From Podarcis erhardii (lineage: Eukaryota), in the NCBI GenBank assembly GCA_964252035.1, contig OZ176211.1: a stretch of 64,000 bases of DNA. One strand, written 5' to 3'. This document shows positions 59,481 to 64,000 of the stretch, one piece after another. Each line of letters opens with the position of its first letter. Position 1 is the first letter of the stretch. Below the pieces are notes generated by a model that saw only the letters and a list, made by a program, of their open reading frames with translations, was not told the origin of the DNA and made no database searches. The translations under genes and the position numbers were made by a program.

Positions 59481-60732
59481 TACTCTCAAAAGGAGCAATT
59501 CCTTGCAAGAGGGAAGAGGTTGGTACTGGCTAGATAGTTCTTTCTTAGACAGCTGAATCTTCCATCTTTCTTGGTGGGGGGGGGGGGAGAAAACAAAAGA
59601 GATCTGCTCCTGACATGCCAAGTAAGAGAGGGCTAGAACTGTCTCCTTCACCACAAGAGTACAGGAAAAGTCAAGGGGCAGGCAAACACTGGTAAGGAAA
59701 GGTGTTTGTAGGTTCAGGATTTTAAGCAATCAAATTAGTGTTCGTTTTGCTGTGATCCTTAAGAGTGTAATGTGTGAACCAGCTCTACCACTCCTGAATG
59801 TTTTCTTTTTTCATTCACTAGTGTAAGACAACACAGTGGTGAAAGACACATGTAAATAAAAGGAGATAGGCTTGGAAATAGTTATCCAATTCCCTTCATA
59901 ATCAGGGTTTGAAATGCATTTTAAACTTTGCTTCAAAACATGCTTAAGTCACATTTTCTGTTGGAGTAATCAACCTAAATTTTCTTCAAAGCAATTCATG
60001 AGGATTAAAATGGGTACTTTTTATGGAGTGTTCAAAAGTTTACCCCATCTATTACACTAATCATTCTGTGAGAACAAAAGCTGTCTAGAGTGTGTTATAG
60101 CTTCAGTACAACCCTTTCATAAAAGTGCATGTGATTTAATACATTAAAAGAATATTCCCTTTTTAAATAACTGCACTTAAAAGACGATTCATTGTTTATA
60201 TGCTGAAGCAAATAGCTTATCTGTGCATGTCTTCCCATAACTATCCAAATTGAACTTTTTGCACATTCTCTCCTAGCTTAATGAATGTAAGAAATTAACT
60301 ACTTCAGTTTCTGAAAATTCTGAGAGCCAACAGACAAAGTGAATTAACCGAATCTTACTGCGGTCATAAATGAAAATGAACTATATTTTTTTTAGGAAAC
60401 CAGCCTTAAACAAAACAAATCACCCTATACTGCTTCGTATCTTAATACTTAGGTTATATCCAGCTCAATACTGAGCTGTTATCTCAATACTTTCTTTTAA
60501 CCATCTGCAAGATAAACGGTGCTATTTATAGCTGAAAAATTACACAAAGGTTAACTTCTCTTGCATTTATAAAATGTCATTTAATTGAAGTGCTTTGTCA
60601 GTTGCATACAAATAATGGTCACATTTCCAGAGGAATATTTTACAAGCTAAAACACTCCTTAATAATGTAAAAACTGGAATCAATGCGGTGTATGCAGGAA
60701 CAATATGCTGACAAGAATTTCAAAGTGCTCAC

Positions 60733-60837
60733 CTTAATACTGACACAGTATGGATGGTAACACTGACCACACTGAGAGCAGGCAAGCAATCGTCCTTCTG
60801 CACCTTGGCCAAAACTCCCACAAACTACACACATATC
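60733..60837 (-). CDS. KMT2C: KMT2C exon ~18 (PHD finger)
   Basis: DMCVVCGSFGQGAEGRLLACSQCGQCYHPYCVSIK; 105 nt. Confidence 0.97.
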
Positions 60838-61635
60838 CTAGAATATCAAAGAAACATTTTCAGGTAAACAACTAGTACTAGGTAATTAAAACATGGAAGA
60901 AATATACACCTTTAATCCATTTTTAGCAAACTTTGTTCTCTTTCAAAATTTCAGGTATATACAGTCTCCTCATTATTATCAATAATATACCCTATGTATA
61001 TAGGAAAAATCAGTAATACTAGTAAAGCTACCTTGAGCATTTTTGTAAGGACAGGTAGTTAAAGTCTTAAAACAATTTTAAAAATCTACAAGAATTTCCA
61101 AAATATATTAGAAGCTCACTGCAAATGTCCAAAGAAAGATGGACCAAAAATATCAGCTCAGCTTTGGATCTAACTCACCTCTAGTTTTAAAGACTACTAG
61201 AATTGTGGCCAGAAGCTACATAGCAGCCAGTGTAATAACAAGTGATGAAGCAATGCTATTACCTGCCCTCAAAACTTAAGAGGACAGTAGCCACAAAATG
61301 CAATAACTGCAGCTTCCCAACAAATGGTATTCTGTTTTCTCTACTACAGTAGCCCATATAAAGAATAGTTAATCCCTAAATTTAACAAAACACTAACAGG
61401 CTTATTACTTGTTTTATGGTCCACCAAGTAATAAGTTATAAATTATCTAGATTAAACACCTATAAAATTAACTATCGTCAAATGTCTTGCTAGGAAGAGG
61501 TTGGATGTCACCAGAAGTGGACAGCTAGAATAAACAATACCATTAAATATTGCCTACACTTTTCATCTGAGGCTTAGAAATTAGGAAATAACCAATGACA
61601 TTAGAAAATAATAAAATATGAATTAATATTGCAAC

Positions 61636-61737
61636 CTGGTGCAAAGTAAACTTGTCACTGCTAGAAAACAGAACAACAGTATTGTGCATTGAGTTTTCTT
61701 CCTCGTCTTTGTTAGATGAAATGTCCATATCTGTGAC
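61636..61737 (-). CDS. KMT2C: KMT2C exon ~17
   Basis: VTDMDISSNKDEEENSMHNTVVLFSSSDKFTLHQ; 102 nt. Confidence 0.95.
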
Positions 61738-61854
61738 CTACAAATAAAAGAAAACAAAAACTTAACAGTTTTCAGGCAGTAAAAGCAGATCATTGTGAGC
61801 AGAGACACGAATCAAGACTTCTGCCTGCTCAAATAATATGCTAGAGATTCTTAC

Positions 61855-61971
61855 CCCTGGAGAAAGAAAAGATCCAATTCCATTTTTAAGTTTTGATCTC
61901 CCCCGTCCACCTCTTCCAGAAAGGCCTGCACCACGTGGTCTCCGCTTCCCAGGAAACCCTGAGCCACGACC
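61855..61971 (-). CDS. KMT2C: KMT2C exon ~16 (Gly/Arg-rich, AT-hook-like)
   Basis: tag|GRGSGFPGKRRPRGAGLSGRGGRGRSKLKNGIGSFLSPG|gtaaga; 117 nt. Confidence 0.95.
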
Positions 61972-62379
61972 CTATTTAAAGCAAATTAAAACATTTAGAT
62001 GGAACTAAGCAATGCTTCATAGAAATGTTCCTTATAACGCAGACTTTGTAAGAATACAACAGGATTTTGTATTTTGCAACACAGCAGTATTTTTCACATG
62101 AGCATGTCCCACAGCAGGGACTGCAGATATGAACAGATCTTGATACACAGCATATAGTGAGGGTTGCAGCCTATGAACCTTTGTCAAGTTTCTTATTATG
62201 AATTTTGATCCAGGTGGGGTTTTTGATTTAGTGGGAGTCATTTGCTAGCAGAAGAGGAGGAGAGGAAGTTTTTGCTACCCAATAATCTGTCCTGAAAGGT
62301 CACCTGGCAAATAATCAAAACAAAATAATTTTTTTTTCCCTTCCAGTAGCACCTTAAAGACCAACTAAGTTAGTTCTTG

Positions 62380-62417
62380 GTATGAGCTTTCATGTGCATG
62401 CACACTTCTTCAGATAC
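62380..62417 (-). ncRNA. Minimal hammerhead ribozyme motif, KMT2C-sense, with G-U in place of G-C at the base of stem II
   Basis: GUAU-CUGAAGA-A-GUGUGCAUGCACAU-GAAA-GC-UC|AUAC. Confidence 0.7.
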
Positions 62418-62424
62418 GATTAAA

Positions 62425-62464
62425 GGTATCTGAAGAAGTGTGCATGCACACGAAAGCTCATACC
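62425..62464 (+). ncRNA. Minimal hammerhead ribozyme motif, intact, antisense to KMT2C
   Basis: GGUAU-CUGAAGA-A-GUGUGCAUGCACAC-GAAA-GC-UC|AUACC. Confidence 0.8.
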
Positions 62465-63915
62465 AAGAACTAACTTAGTTGGTCTTTAAGGTGCTACTGG
62501 AAGGAAAAAAAATTTTTATTTTGTTTTGACTATGGCAGACCAACACGGCTACCTATCTGTAACTGGCAAATAATGTTTCCCTTCTCTCTGATTAGCAGGC
62601 ACCAACTAGATTCCACTCTATGCTTATATCCTGCATTGGCTTAAGAGTATCTTCCCATCAATCTCATCAAAGGCATGCCTAACACTGTACACGCTATTCA
62701 CAAGGTATGTAATAGACATTGATGACTTGAGAAAATGGGGAGGGGGAGTAAAACTATTGCTTGCTGAGAGAAAATTCATAACAATGTTCACTCTAGCTCC
62801 ACAGATAGTCCTAGAAGGATGTTATCAACTGAAAGTAACAACACACCATTAGCTTACATCATTAATAAAATTTGTAAATGATACAGGAAGAAAGGACACA
62901 TTTTCATGAAACTTAATATTAAATTAATAGCACAATTACTGATACAAACATATCAATCAAACGTGGGTGTGCTGAAAATGAGAATACAAATGAACAATTC
63001 TAAGTCTCATGAGAAGAAAAATTCTTTTCAGCTTGTTCAGGTCTTAGGCTGGTTACTCTAGATACAGAGTTCATCTCTTCTAATAATGTATACAACTAAA
63101 TGTTATTTTGAAACAGGAAGCACAACAAAAAGCAGCAGCACCTAGTGAACAAGAGGTAATACAATAATCTTCACAAAAATACTGCAAAAATAAAAATATT
63201 GATTTTATCTGTACTGTATCTATACTATGCTGATAATCTTTCAGGGCACATTTAGTATTTCAGCTTTTGAGATTTAAAAAATTCTTAGGCTAGATTCTGG
63301 CGAAGAATTCTGGAAAATTCAGTACCTTGCATACTATTTTGTGATATTTTGGTTAACCTAATAAAGGTACTGTCCTAATATGGATTTTTGACTTTGTGGA
63401 GCCACACAGCTACCTTTACTTTTTATGTTAGTAACAAGCTGCCATTAAACTCTTTGTATGGAAATAATAATCTGCAGCCCTTTGTGTGAGACCTTCTGAA
63501 GGAGGAGCAGAGAAAATTAGTTTTACAGCAACCTCTAAAGTATGCACTGGCCACTGGAGGTTTCAGACACCATATACATTGGTCTCCCATCTATGTTTTA
63601 TTTCAGACTCCATCCAGATGATAGCAGGAACTCATAACATACAACATGGCCCACTTACAATGTACAGAATACACCCTATAGGCGTTAAGCACCGCATACA
63701 GCTGAATTAGAAATTGACTCAATGTTTATTCTGCATTCACTGAGAGAGAATGTAGGGATTTTTAAAAAGCAAGTTATACAGCTGTTTAAAAATTGGGTTT
63801 AAGTAGCATATTAATTTAGCTATGCTTCAGAAGAGTTTTCATTAGTATCTTTTTATAATGGAGAACAGCAGAGAGATAGCAAAGGATAACAAGAATATAA
63901 ATACAAATTAATTAC

Positions 63916-64000
63916 CACTTTGATGCTCCATATGGCACTGCCAGGTAGCGGTCTGGACTTAAATGTTTCCCGACCTTCTGAAATGTCTGGGGACCAGGAA
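63916..64000 (-). CDS. KMT2C: KMT2C exon ~15 (partial, runs off window)
   Basis: SWSPDISEGRETFKSRPLPGSAIWSIKV; donor GTG|gtaatt. Confidence 0.93.

Larger units (their letters stand above)
62316..62562. mobile_element. Palindromic (inverted-dimer) Penelope-like insertion
   Basis: 12-bp TSD ctggcaaataat (62304-62315 and 62563-62574); inverted arms of about 100 bp around an 8-nt spacer (62418-62425). Confidence 0.82.
1260..64000 (-). other. KMT2C: KMT2C (MLL3) gene model, 5'-incomplete: exons equivalent to human 15 (partial) to 59 plus 3'UTR
   Basis: 46 exons with GT-AG boundaries. Phases are consistent and the 45 core exons sum to 12,259 nt (1 nt + 4,086 codons including stop). The translation matches the KMT2C domain order. 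KMT2C rather than KMT2D is supported by the C-terminus [30 protein letters not shown] and the Win motif CARSEPK. Confidence 0.98.

Noticed and set aside
62316-62562. Palindrome read as a DNA-transposon MITE
   Set aside because: Arms are unequal, related copies are single-armed, and TSDs vary from 11 to 13 bp, which fits Penelope-type retrotransposition better
2653-64000. Non-canonical or U12-type introns, frameshifts or premature stops in KMT2C
   Set aside because: All traced junctions are GT-AG with ordinary donors, and exon phases close without disruption

Overview
Vertebrate genomic DNA, inferred from its repeat families to be a squamate, probably a lacertid lizard. Almost the whole window is the 3' portion of KMT2C (MLL3, H3K4 methyltransferase) on the minus strand. 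I traced 45 coding exons matching human exons 15 (partial) to 59 (numbering from memory), plus one 165-nt in-frame exon that is likely a cassette. All introns are GT-AG and all phases join into one open frame of about 4,085 aa (about 4,140 with the cassette), from the PHD cluster through HMG, FYRN/FYRC, Win, SET and post-SET to a TAG at 2653-2655. A 3'UTR of about 1.4 kb follows, ending head-on against a plus-strand poly(A) signal. Introns hold CR1 and L2 LINE fragments, SINEs, and hAT and Tc1/mariner MITEs. Main highlights: (1) short Penelope-like retroelement insertions with 11-13 bp target-site duplications carrying minimal type I hammerhead ribozyme motifs, two intact in the KMT2C sense orientation and one as a palindromic double copy; (2) a 6 x 42-bp coding tandem repeat in exon 36 whose units differ only at synonymous sites; (3) an intronic tandem pair of hairpins whose cores are inverted relative to each other; (4) several candidate alternative or poison splice events. 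There is a 140-N assembly gap at 958-1097. No activity or expression is demonstrated; repeat family names come from recognition, not a database search.
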